Origin: Dehalococcoidia bacterium
Lineage (GTDB): Bacteria > Chloroflexota > Dehalococcoidia > Lucifugimonadales > UBA3495
Direction: 5' to 3'
NCBI GenBank assembly: GCA_965204905.1
Contig: OZ242042.1
Span: 1,282,778-1,346,777 of the forward strand
DNA length: 64,000 nt
Shown in pieces: positions 53,130 to 60,962 of the stretch. Every line of letters starts with the position of its first letter. Position 1 is the first letter of the stretch. The notes beneath the pieces were generated by a model. That model was not told where the DNA came from and did no database searches. It was given only the letters and a program-made list of their open reading frames with translations. Both the position numbers and the translations under genes were made by a program.

Positions 53130-54389
53130 ATGACGGCCAACGGTTCTTCCGGTCAGCAGGTGGTGGTGACGGGCCTGGGTATGGTCAGCCCGTTGGGTCT
53201 CAACATTTCCGATAGTTGGGATGCCGTGGTTGGCGGCCAATCCGGCATCGACTACATCACCAGCTTCGACGCGGAAACGTTCGATACCCGTTTCGCTGCC
53301 GAGGTCAAGGGCTTTGACCCGGAAAACTACCTGGACCGGAAAGACGCCAGGCGTATGGATCGGTTCGCTCAGTTTGCCGCCGTGGCCGCGCAGGAAGCTT
53401 GCCGGCAGGCCGAACTGGAACCCCGCGAGATGGACCGATACAGCGTCCACGTCGTCATTGGCAGCGGTATTGGCGGCCTATCGACTCTAACCGAGCAGCA
53501 CCGGGTGTTGCTAGAGCGCGGGCCGCGGCGGGTCTCTCCCTTCCTCATCCCCATGATGCTGGCCGATATGGGTTCCGCGCAGGTTTCGATGGTGACCGGA
53601 GCGATGGGCGCGAACTACTGCATCACCTCGTCGTGCAGCAGCGGCGCCGACGCCATCGGCGCCGGTTGGGAACTCATCAGCAACGGCGGCGCCGACGTTG
53701 TACTCGCCGGTGGGGCCGAGGCGCCGATAACCCCCCTGGGCGTGGCGGGATTCAACGCCCTGCGCGCCCTGTCCCGCCAGAACGACCATCCCCAACGCGC
53801 CAGCCAACCCTTCAACCGGACCCGCGACGGTTTCGTGCTGGCCGAGGGCGCGGCGGTACTGGTCCTGGAAAGCGCCGACCACGCGGCTGCCAGAGGAGCC
53901 GAGCCGCTGGCCGAACTGCGCGGTTACGCCGCTACCAGCGACTCGCATCACCTCACTGAGCCGAACCCCACCGGCCAGAGCGCTGCCGCCGCCGTGACCG
54001 CCGCCCTGGACGCCGCGCAACTTTCGCCCGCCGACGTTGACTATCTCAATGCCCATGGCACCTCGACTCCCCTGAACGACTGGCACGAAACAAAGGCGTT
54101 GAAGCTGGCTTTGGGCGACCAGGCGTACCGCATCCCGGTCAGCAGCACCAAGAGCATGACCGGGCATCTGCTGGGAGCCGGTGGCGCGCTCGAAGCCGCC
54201 CTGTGCACCGTCGCCCTCGGCAACGGGATTATGCCCCCGACCATCAACCTGGACGATCCCGACGACGAATGCGATCTTGACTACGTGCCCAACGCCGCGC
54301 GTCCGGCCGATCTAAGCGTCGTGCTGAGCAACTCTTTCGGGTTCGGCGGGCACAATTCGGTGATAGTCCTGACGCGCGCCGGCTTGTGA
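53130..54389 (+). CDS. fabF: beta-ketoacyl-ACP synthase II
   Basis: 419-aa ORF. VVVTGLGMVSPLG, active-site ITSSCSSGADAIG, NAHGTSTPLND, SNSFGFGGHNS. Confidence 0.95.
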   Translation: MTANGSSGQQVVVTGLGMVSPLGLNISDSWDAVVGGQSGIDYITSFDAETFDTRFAAEVKGFDPENYLDRKDARRMDRFAQFAAVAAQEACRQAELEPREMDRYSVHVVIGSGIGGLSTLTEQHRVLLERGPRRVSPFLIPMMLADMGSAQVSMVTGAMGANYCITSSCSSGADAIGAGWELISNGGADVVLAGGAEAPITPLGVAGFNALRALSRQNDHPQRASQPFNRTRDGFVLAEGAAVLVLESADHAAARGAEPLAELRGYAATSDSHHLTEPNPTGQSAAAAVTAALDAAQLSPADVDYLNAHGTSTPLNDWHETKALKLALGDQAYRIPVSSTKSMTGHLLGAGGALEAALCTVALGNGIMPPTINLDDPDDECDLDYVPNAARPADLSVVLSNSFGFGGHNSVIVLTRAGL

Positions 54390-56083
54390 CAACGCAGCCG
54401 ACGAGTCCGCCTCCGAAACGGTGGCTCCCGCCCCCTCCGGCGGATGGGCACAGGTTGCCCCCCGACCTGCCCGCGCCCGCCGTTCAGTTGCTCCTGTCCC
54501 GCGGCATAGGAACGCGCCGCGCTCTTGAGCAATTTCTCGACCCGGCCGGGCTGCCGCACTCACCCAACTTGCTGGCCGGCATCGACGCGGCGCTGCCCCG
54601 GTTGGCCGCCGCCGCCCGTGCCGGCGAGACGGTAGCGGTGTTCGGTGACTTTGACGTTGACGGCATCACCGGAACCGCCATACTGACCGAGACCCTGAAC
54701 CGGCTCGGCGCGAACGTCATTCCGTATTTACCGCATCCGGTGAATGAAGGGCATGGGATGACGCCCACCGCTGTGGAGCGATTGGTTGGCCAGGGAGCGA
54801 CCCTCATCGTGACGGTTGATTGCGGAGTCAGCGACGCCGACGAAATCGCTAATGCCATGCGGTCCGGCTCCGACGTCATCATCACCGACCACCATACTCC
54901 GCCTGAACGCAAGCCTGATGCTCTGGCCATCGTGAACCCCCGGATGCCGGGCAACGTGTACCCTTTTCCCGAGCTTTGCGGAGCCGGCATCGCCTACAAG
55001 CTGGCTGGCGCCTTGCTCGATTACGTGGGTCAAGCCGGGGATCCGTCGCTGCTGGAGTTGGCCGCCCTCGGCACTGTGGCCGATCTGGTTCCCCTGCGGG
55101 ACGAGAATCGCTACCTCGTGCAGCGTGGATTGGAGACCCTGGGAGCAACCCGTCGACCCGGACTGCGCGCTCTGCTGCGGCGGGTCAACCTGGAAGGTCG
55201 CCAGGTCCGCGCCGAGGATGTCTCCTTTCGGATCGCTCCCCGCCTCAACGCATCGGGACGAATGGCTCACCCCGAAACCTCTCTGAAGTTGTTGCTGACT
55301 CAGGATGCGCGGGAAGCCGATACCCTCGTCGCGCAGCTCGAAACCTACAATACTCAACGGCGTGAACTCACGGAGCGCGCTTGCGAAATCGCTGTTGACC
55401 GGATCCTGCATGAGGATGCGATTCCGGCCATCATTATTTCCAGAGACGATGCATACACACCCGGCATCAACGGCCTGATCGCCGGACGGCTGGCCGAAAC
55501 CTTCAACCGTCCCGCCGTGGCCCTCGCCCGCGCCGATGCCGACTACCTGGTTGCCAGCGCCCGCAGTCCCGGCAACTTCAACCTCATCGAAGGCATATCA
55601 CAGTGCCGCGACCTCCTCGTCCGCTATGGTGGACACGCTGCTGCCGCCGGATTCACGGTTCGCAATGACCAATTCGAGCGGGTAGCCCAACGTCTTCGGG
55701 AGATCGCCAAATCCGATATGGGGTTGTTTGAACCTGAACCAGTGCTGGAAATCCACGCCGAGGGTGCCCTGGACGAGTTGCTGAGTCCGCAACTGGCTGC
55801 GCTATGCGCGCAGCTGGAACCCTTTGGCAAGGACAACCCCACTCCCGTTTTCCTGACTCGTCGCGCGCAGGTGCTGAACTGGGGATACGTGGGCGCTCAG
55901 GGTCAGCACCTCAAGTTGAATGTGTCCAGCGGTGGGCGCACCGTGGATGCTTTGTCGTGGAACCATGGGGCCGACTGGGGTGAGTATCACGCCGTGGACC
56001 TGGTATTCCAACTCGCCGAGGACAGGTATCGCGGTGAGAGCCGCACCTATCTCCGCATTGAGGATCTGCGGCCGGCGGTATAA
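54386..56083 (+). CDS. recJ: single-stranded-DNA-specific exonuclease RecJ
   Basis: 565-aa ORF. FGDFDVDGITG, DCGVSD, ITDHHTP, GGHAAAAGF. GTG start overlaps the fabF stop by 4 nt. Confidence 0.9.
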   Translation: MTTQPTSPPPKRWLPPPPADGHRLPPDLPAPAVQLLLSRGIGTRRALEQFLDPAGLPHSPNLLAGIDAALPRLAAAARAGETVAVFGDFDVDGITGTAILTETLNRLGANVIPYLPHPVNEGHGMTPTAVERLVGQGATLIVTVDCGVSDADEIANAMRSGSDVIITDHHTPPERKPDALAIVNPRMPGNVYPFPELCGAGIAYKLAGALLDYVGQAGDPSLLELAALGTVADLVPLRDENRYLVQRGLETLGATRRPGLRALLRRVNLEGRQVRAEDVSFRIAPRLNASGRMAHPETSLKLLLTQDAREADTLVAQLETYNTQRRELTERACEIAVDRILHEDAIPAIIISRDDAYTPGINGLIAGRLAETFNRPAVALARADADYLVASARSPGNFNLIEGISQCRDLLVRYGGHAAAAGFTVRNDQFERVAQRLREIAKSDMGLFEPEPVLEIHAEGALDELLSPQLAALCAQLEPFGKDNPTPVFLTRRAQVLNWGYVGAQGQHLKLNVSSGGRTVDALSWNHGADWGEYHAVDLVFQLAEDRYRGESRTYLRIEDLRPAV

Positions 56084-56118
56084 TTCGAGGCATCAGCGAG
56101 TAGCCGGAGGCGATCAAA

Positions 56119-56703
56119 ATGACGCAACCCAAAGCAAAGCCGCGTACCAAGTTGACCAACGCGGACTATATGGCGATGACGCCGCCGGCGAACACGGGGC
56201 CGCGCTACCAACTTATCAACGGGGAGCTGATTCAGATGGCCGGAGCTAGTGACGCTCATCAAGTGTTCCTGATGTGGTTGTGCTCGGCACTGATGTCGCA
56301 GGTGTATGCTTTGGTCATAGGCGAAATCCGCATTGCCGCATACGACGTACACGTTGACCCTTTCAACACTTTCCAGCCCGACCTGCTGTACGTGTCCAAC
56401 GAACGGCAACACATTTTCAACGTCGATGGCCGCGGCATTACCGGCGCGCCGGACGTGGTAGTGGAGATATTGTCTGAGTCCACCCGGCGGCGGGATCTCA
56501 GCGAGAAGTTGCCCGTTTATCTCAACGCCGGCGTCAAGGAAGTCTGGGTTGTCGATCTGGATGCCGCCACAGTGGCAATCCACTCTGGAGATGCCATGAC
56601 TCCTGTGGCTGTGTTTGCCGCTGAGGATACACTGACCTCGGATGCGATGCCCGGTGTTGCAATTGAGTTGGCGCCAATTTTCGCACGCGCAGTTGGCGTG
56701 TAG
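56119..56703 (+). CDS. Uma2-family (DUF820) PD-(D/E)xK nuclease-fold protein
   Basis: YQLINGELIQM...QPDLLYV...APDVVVEILSEST...KLPVYLNAGVKEVWVVD...MPGVAIELAPIF. Confidence 0.8.
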   Translation: MTQPKAKPRTKLTNADYMAMTPPANTGPRYQLINGELIQMAGASDAHQVFLMWLCSALMSQVYALVIGEIRIAAYDVHVDPFNTFQPDLLYVSNERQHIFNVDGRGITGAPDVVVEILSESTRRRDLSEKLPVYLNAGVKEVWVVDLDAATVAIHSGDAMTPVAVFAAEDTLTSDAMPGVAIELAPIFARAVGV

Positions 56704-56728
56704 GGGCAGGTTTCAAACCTGCCCCTAC
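56700..56728. repeat. 29-nt perfect hairpin GTAGGGGCAGG-TTTCAAA-CCTGCCCCTAC between convergent genes
   Basis: Overlaps the Uma2 stop codon and ends 2 nt before the lgt stop. Sister of 42739-42767. Confidence 0.85.
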
Positions 56729-56730
56729 GC

Positions 56731-57612
56731 TTAGTCCCGGCTCTGCGCAGGCCGCACCAGGCGCGCCCGGTAAATCAGCAGGGGAACCGTTACCAGCATT
56801 ATCACCAGCGCCACCAGTTGCGCCTCGTTGAACCCGAAGACGTAGGTGTTCTGTTCTTCGCGCAGGAACGATATGAAGAACCGTCCTGCGGAGTAGCCGG
56901 CGAAGAACAGGGCGAACAGCATTCCCCGGGGCCGGATACGGTCCCGCATCAGCCAGAGCACTCCCGCCCAGATCAGGCAGAAGATCAGCTCGTAGGCCAC
57001 CGCCGGATGCGAAGCGGGCCGGCCAAATCCGAAACTGTCCGGGTCCGTGTACACCCATCCCCACGGCAACTCCGTAAAACTAGACCAGTGCTCGCCGTTG
57101 ATGACGTCGCCGATGCGTCCGATGGCCAGCGCGATCAATAGGGCCGGGGACGCGATGTCGGCCAGGTGCGCTACGGAGGGGATTTGTGGGAATGGCCGAT
57201 GCAGCCCCGTCCACCGCAGCCCGCCGTTGTCGCAGATTCGATGCAGCCACACGGCGTTGCGCATGGTGATGTAGATGGCGCCGCCGGCGAACCCGCCGAG
57301 ATAAGCTCCGAAGATGGCGATGCCGCCGTTCCAGAACTGGACAATTCGCGCCGGATCGTACTGGTACACGTCGTCCCAGAAGTCGATCACGTGCAGCACG
57401 CGCGCGCCAATGATCCCGCCGATGATGCACCAGGTGGACACCGAGAGTATAGCATCGCCATCCAGGCCGTCCTTGCGGCCCCAGCGCCAGGTGAGATAGA
57501 CGGCGACGGCTACCGCGACGAAAGTAAAGAACCCGTGCCACGACAGTATGAATCCGGCGGTTCGGATGATGTCGGGGTCGAACGGTATGTTGATTACGGC
57601 GAGTATGTCCAT
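56731..57612 (-). CDS. lgt: prolipoprotein diacylglyceryl transferase
   Basis: 293-aa polytopic ORF. GGIAIFGAYLGG, GRIGDVINGEHWS, and the HPAVAYE region. Confidence 0.9.
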   Translation of the reverse strand: MDILAVINIPFDPDIIRTAGFILSWHGFFTFVAVAVAVYLTWRWGRKDGLDGDAILSVSTWCIIGGIIGARVLHVIDFWDDVYQYDPARIVQFWNGGIAIFGAYLGGFAGGAIYITMRNAVWLHRICDNGGLRWTGLHRPFPQIPSVAHLADIASPALLIALAIGRIGDVINGEHWSSFTELPWGWVYTDPDSFGFGRPASHPAVAYELIFCLIWAGVLWLMRDRIRPRGMLFALFFAGYSAGRFFISFLREEQNTYVFGFNEAQLVALVIMLVTVPLLIYRARLVRPAQSRD

Positions 57613-57646
57613 GAAATCCGGTTCCCGGTAAATTTTGGCTTCAACA

Positions 57647-58522
57647 TTATACGGCGTGCGCCGGGTTTATCGTTCGTATCAGGTACGCGGTTGCGCCGGT
57701 ATTCTGTAACGCTGCCGCAACTTTCACCTGTTCGGTTTCGTCTGACGGCATACAGAAAAACGCGGGCCCGGCTCCCGAGAGGCAAGGGGGGAACTTGGTT
57801 ACTGCCGCCACTCTTTCCCATACGTCGTTGAGACCCGGAAAGATCTCTAACGCCGCTCGCGTGAACACATTGCGGCAGGAGTTGCCGGTGAGGGTTGCAG
57901 TTGTAAGGACGGCTGAGTCGGCCAGCCGACGGGTTTGCGCTCCGTCGGAGTAGTCGTCCGGGGTCAACGCGCCATAGAGTGTCGGCGTTTTCCTGGAGAT
58001 TGTTCCACCGGGCGCTACCAGCAACAGGCGGGTGGTTGCTACCGCCGGCAGTTGCTTGAGTCGGTCGCCCCGGCCGGTTCCCAGCGCGGCCCCTCCCGCC
58101 AGCAGAAACGGCACGTCGGAGCCGAGGCTCGCTGCCACTGAAACCAGTTCCGCATCCGGCAGGTTCAATCCCCACAGTACATTCAGGCCGCGCAAGGCTG
58201 CCGCCGCGTCTGCCGAGCCGCCGCCAAGCCCGGCGGCCACCGGGATTCGTTTTTCAATCGTGATGTGGGCATTCGGCGCTATGCCCGCGTGCTTTGCCAA
58301 GGCAACGGCGGTATCCCAAACGATGTTGGCGTCCCCGGATAGCGTTGGGTCATCGCAGGTAACGGTCAAGCCGTCCGCCGGCCGCAGCGTTATCGTGTCG
58401 GCCAGGTCAACCGTCTGCAGGATGGTGGCTACTTCGTGATAGCCGTCATCCCGGCGCCCGATCACCTCCAGCGAAAGGTTGATCTTGGCGTATGCCGGCA
58501 TGGACAGCGTATCGGCTGCCAT
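57647..58522 (-). CDS. ispE: 4-(cytidine 5'-diphospho)-2-C-methyl-D-erythritol kinase
   Basis: AYAKINLSLEVIGRRDDGYHE and GLGGGSADAAAAL (GHMP kinase). The start at 58522 shares 1 nt with the rsmA stop. Confidence 0.9.
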   Translation of the reverse strand: MAADTLSMPAYAKINLSLEVIGRRDDGYHEVATILQTVDLADTITLRPADGLTVTCDDPTLSGDANIVWDTAVALAKHAGIAPNAHITIEKRIPVAAGLGGGSADAAAALRGLNVLWGLNLPDAELVSVAASLGSDVPFLLAGGAALGTGRGDRLKQLPAVATTRLLLVAPGGTISRKTPTLYGALTPDDYSDGAQTRRLADSAVLTTATLTGNSCRNVFTRAALEIFPGLNDVWERVAAVTKFPPCLSGAGPAFFCMPSDETEQVKVAAALQNTGATAYLIRTINPAHAV

Positions 58523-59364
58523 CAATTGGCCCTGCTGCGCGGCGCGTCCGGGGGCCAGACGGTATCGAGCTTGCCCCATTCGGCGATGGTAAGCGTCGCC
58601 GGCCGGCGCGTTTCGTCGATGCCGGCATTGTCCAGCGTCGCGCTCACCGCGTCTGCGGGCGCGCCCGTACCCTGGGCCAGCGAGTTGCGAAGCTGCTTGC
58701 GCGGCGCGGCGAACCCGGCCCGCACCAACGCGAAAAACCTTGACACATCCCCAACCGGAACCGCTGGCTTGTCGAGAACGCTCAGCTTCACTACCGTGGA
58801 CGCCACCTTGGGCGGTGGGCGAAAGGCGCGCGCCGGAACCTGCGCCACCACTGACGCTTTTGCGTAGAACTGCGTTGCCACCGACAGCAGCGTCATCGCT
58901 CCGGGCTTGGCGGTCATTGCCTCTCCAACCTCCCGCTGCACCATCACCACCATCAGCGTCGGCGGCGTATCCGATTCCAGGAACCGCCGCACTATGGGAG
59001 ACGCCGCATAGTAAGGCAGGTTGGCGACCACCTTGTACGGATTCCTCAAGCCCGCCAGATCAGCGATTGCAATCGTCCGCGCGTCGCCGTGATGAACTTC
59101 AAGGTTTTCGGGCATCCCCATCCGGGCCGGCAACTCCGCGGCCAATCGTTGGTCTAATTCAACTACCACCACGCGCCCGGCCCGCTCCACCAGCCGGCGG
59201 GTCAGCACGCCGTTGCCTGGCCCGATTTCCAACACCGTATCCCCAATCGCAAGGTCGGCCGCCGCCACTATGCGGTTGGCGACCCTGGGGTCAACCAGAA
59301 AATGCTGCCCCAGCGATTTTCGCGGCCGGCGTTTGTTGATCAGCGTTGTGGGTTGGGCAGACAT
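58522..59364 (-). CDS. rsmA: 16S rRNA (adenine1518-N6/adenine1519-N6)-dimethyltransferase
   Basis: RPRKSLGQHFLVD, VLEIGPGNGVLT, NLPYYAASPI. Start taken at MSAQPTT (59364); the track form starts at 59415. Confidence 0.92.
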   Translation of the reverse strand: MSAQPTTLINKRRPRKSLGQHFLVDPRVANRIVAAADLAIGDTVLEIGPGNGVLTRRLVERAGRVVVVELDQRLAAELPARMGMPENLEVHHGDARTIAIADLAGLRNPYKVVANLPYYAASPIVRRFLESDTPPTLMVVMVQREVGEAMTAKPGAMTLLSVATQFYAKASVVAQVPARAFRPPPKVASTVVKLSVLDKPAVPVGDVSRFFALVRAGFAAPRKQLRNSLAQGTGAPADAVSATLDNAGIDETRRPATLTIAEWGKLDTVWPPDAPRSRAN

Positions 59365-59931
59365 AGAACGGAAAAAGTGGCCGAGCACCTCCCGTTGACT
59401 ACAGCCTGGGGGCATATCGTCGGGACTGGCTCAGGCCAGGCGCTCCCACGGCGCCCGCGGGACATCGCTTACCGTTGCTGCCGTCAAGCCCTGGCGGAGT
59501 TCACGAGCCTGCGCCGCGTGGGACCCGGCCGTCAACGCCACTCCCTGGGAAATTGGCCCTTGCGCCTTGCCGAGGGGAGGAATTCCACCCCGCTGTGGCG
59601 GGTTGCGGGTATAGGGCACCGCCAGCTCCCCGTGTAGCACGACCACTGCAAACATGGTATGCGGGCATGGGCTGGGTGTCAAACGCCGGCGGCGCCGGGC
59701 GATTGTTCAGAGTTGGGGTACTCCGGTCACGGGGCAGACTGTTCTTGTGCGGAATGATGATTTGGGTCAGCGGGTGGTTTTGGGGTTCCTCCGATTTGAG
59801 CGATTGGGTTTTGGGATTTTTCGGTGTCAGGTTGGTGGTTCGGGTCGAGTGTCGGAGCACGGCCAACACTATTTTTTTGCAGAGTTTGCGTCCTAGATTT
59901 CCACGTGCTGGCCGTTGCCCCGCTCCGCCGG

Positions 59932-59952
59932 ATTCCGGATCACGTCCGGAAT
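59932..59952. repeat. ATTCCGGA-loop-TCCGGAAT palindromic element (G-subfamily)
   Basis: GGATTCCGGATCACGTCCGGAATGACGG, directly adjacent to the 30-nt module at 59969-59998. Confidence 0.7.
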
Positions 59953-59968
59953 GACGGTTTGAGGCGTT

Positions 59969-59998
59969 GGCCCTCGTGGGGCGGTGGTGACACCCGCC
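59969..59998. repeat. 30-nt repeat module (reverse complement of 5194-5223)
   Basis: 28/30 identity to GGCGGGTGTCACCACCGCTCCGCGAGGGCC. Confidence 0.8.
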
Positions 59999-60250
59999 GG
60001 GTCCGGGAGCTTGGCCGGGGAATAGACCGACTCTAGGCTCCTTGGGAACCATTTCTGCGATTTGTACCGACAGGCCGTTATCGACCCGAACCGTATGAAC
60101 ACCTCGCTATGTGTGTAGTTTGGCGAACGCCGCTGCATGCGATGCGGCGAACCTGACACAATCAGGATAGGACGTGGGTGCGTAGCGGCGAAATAGGCGG
60201 GGTGTCACAACCATTGTTCAAAGTTGGCGGGCGTTCCGGTACAGAGGCAG

Positions 60251-60583
60251 TCAGTGTGCGCTGTCGTCATGCAACGACGGTTCAATCAGCAGGCGCAGGT
60301 CCAGAGCGCGGGCGATTTTCAGCACAGTTGCGAAGGACGGGTTGCCTCCGGTCGAGAGAGCCTTGTACAGCTCTTCCGGGGTCGTGCCCGCCGCTTTGGC
60401 CAGGTGGGCCATGTTTCGTTCCTGAACCTGCGCGATGTCGCCCAGCGCGGCGCGGATCATGCTGCCGTCGCCAGTGTCTTCCGCGACGGCGGCTTCCAAG
60501 TAATAGTGGATGTCCTCAGGAGTCTTCAGATAGTCGGACAGATTCCAGCGTTTCAATTCCTTTCCGGTGAGTTCCTCAACCAT
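60251..60583 (-). CDS. addiction-module antidote protein (HigA-like, XRE-type HTH; TIGR02684-like)
   Basis: 110-aa ORF. SDYLKTPEDIHYYLEAAVAEDTGDGSMIRAALGDIAQ, then an HTH (MAHLAKAAGTTPEELYKALSTGGNPSFATVLKIARALDLRL). Confidence 0.8.
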   Translation of the reverse strand: MVEELTGKELKRWNLSDYLKTPEDIHYYLEAAVAEDTGDGSMIRAALGDIAQVQERNMAHLAKAAGTTPEELYKALSTGGNPSFATVLKIARALDLRLLIEPSLHDDSAH

Positions 60584-60589
60584 CGCGTA

Positions 60590-60883
60590 TCACCTCCATT
60601 CCTGCGCCAGTTCTTTGGCTCGGCTGATGTCGCGTTCCTGGCTGTCCTTGTCGCCCCCGTAGAGCATGACGATCATGGTGGGACCGCGTCGGAGGAAGTA
60701 GAGCCGATAGCCCGGCCCATAGTGGATACGCATTTCGGATACGCCGTCGCCCACTGGGGCAACATCGCCGAAGTTGCCTTCCGTGGCCCGCTGCAGACGA
60801 AACTGGATTCTGCCTACGGCCCGCCGGTCGCGCAGGCGACGCAACCACCGCTCGAATTCCGGGGTCACCTGGACTTCGATCAT
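60590..60883 (-). CDS. addiction-module killer protein (RelE/ParE superfamily; TIGR02683-like)
   Basis: 97-aa ORF. TPEFERWLRRLRDRRAVGRIQFRLQRATEGNFGDVAPVGDGVSEMRIHYGPGYRLYF...YGGDKDSQERDISRAKELA. Confidence 0.85.
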   Translation of the reverse strand: MIEVQVTPEFERWLRRLRDRRAVGRIQFRLQRATEGNFGDVAPVGDGVSEMRIHYGPGYRLYFLRRGPTMIVMLYGGDKDSQERDISRAKELAQEWR

Positions 60884-60920
60884 GCTGGCATTGTAGCTCT
60901 GTATCTACGGTTATGCCAGC
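60884..60920 (-). promoter_or_regulatory. candidate promoter/operator of the toxin-antitoxin pair (TACAAT -10, 8-bp inverted repeat; possibly leaderless)
   Basis: The minus strand reads GCTGGCAT-21 nt-ATGCCAGC immediately before the ATG. TACAAT (60895-60890) is only 6 nt upstream of the start codon, and there is no SD. Confidence 0.4.
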
Positions 60921-60962
60921 AGACCGCAATCGCGGATAAGGATGGTGCAGCAGTCCTTACGC

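Noticed and set aside
51827-53140. 437-aa minus-strand ORF. The same reasoning applies to 41618..42733 (-), 43909..44838 (+), 62893..63834 (+), 11252..12097 (-), 16029..16895 (+), 23830..24585 (-), 25115..25825 (-) and 5743..6474 (-)
   Set aside because: Each is antisense to a gene with clear family signatures (radical SAM, Gfo/Idh/MocA, the 333-aa cassette gene, LLM, aminotransferase, crotonase, nuoH, Uma2/nuoI, XdhC). None shows motifs of its own.
59540-59640. Cobalamin-riboswitch-like fragments (GGTGCC, CCGCCAC, GGGAA) on the minus strand upstream of rsmA; similar fragments occur near 8170-8215
   Set aside because: The order and spacing of the fragments do not fit the B12 element consensus (the GGGAA...CCGGTG...GCCACTG order is absent), and rsmA is not a plausible B12-regulated gene.
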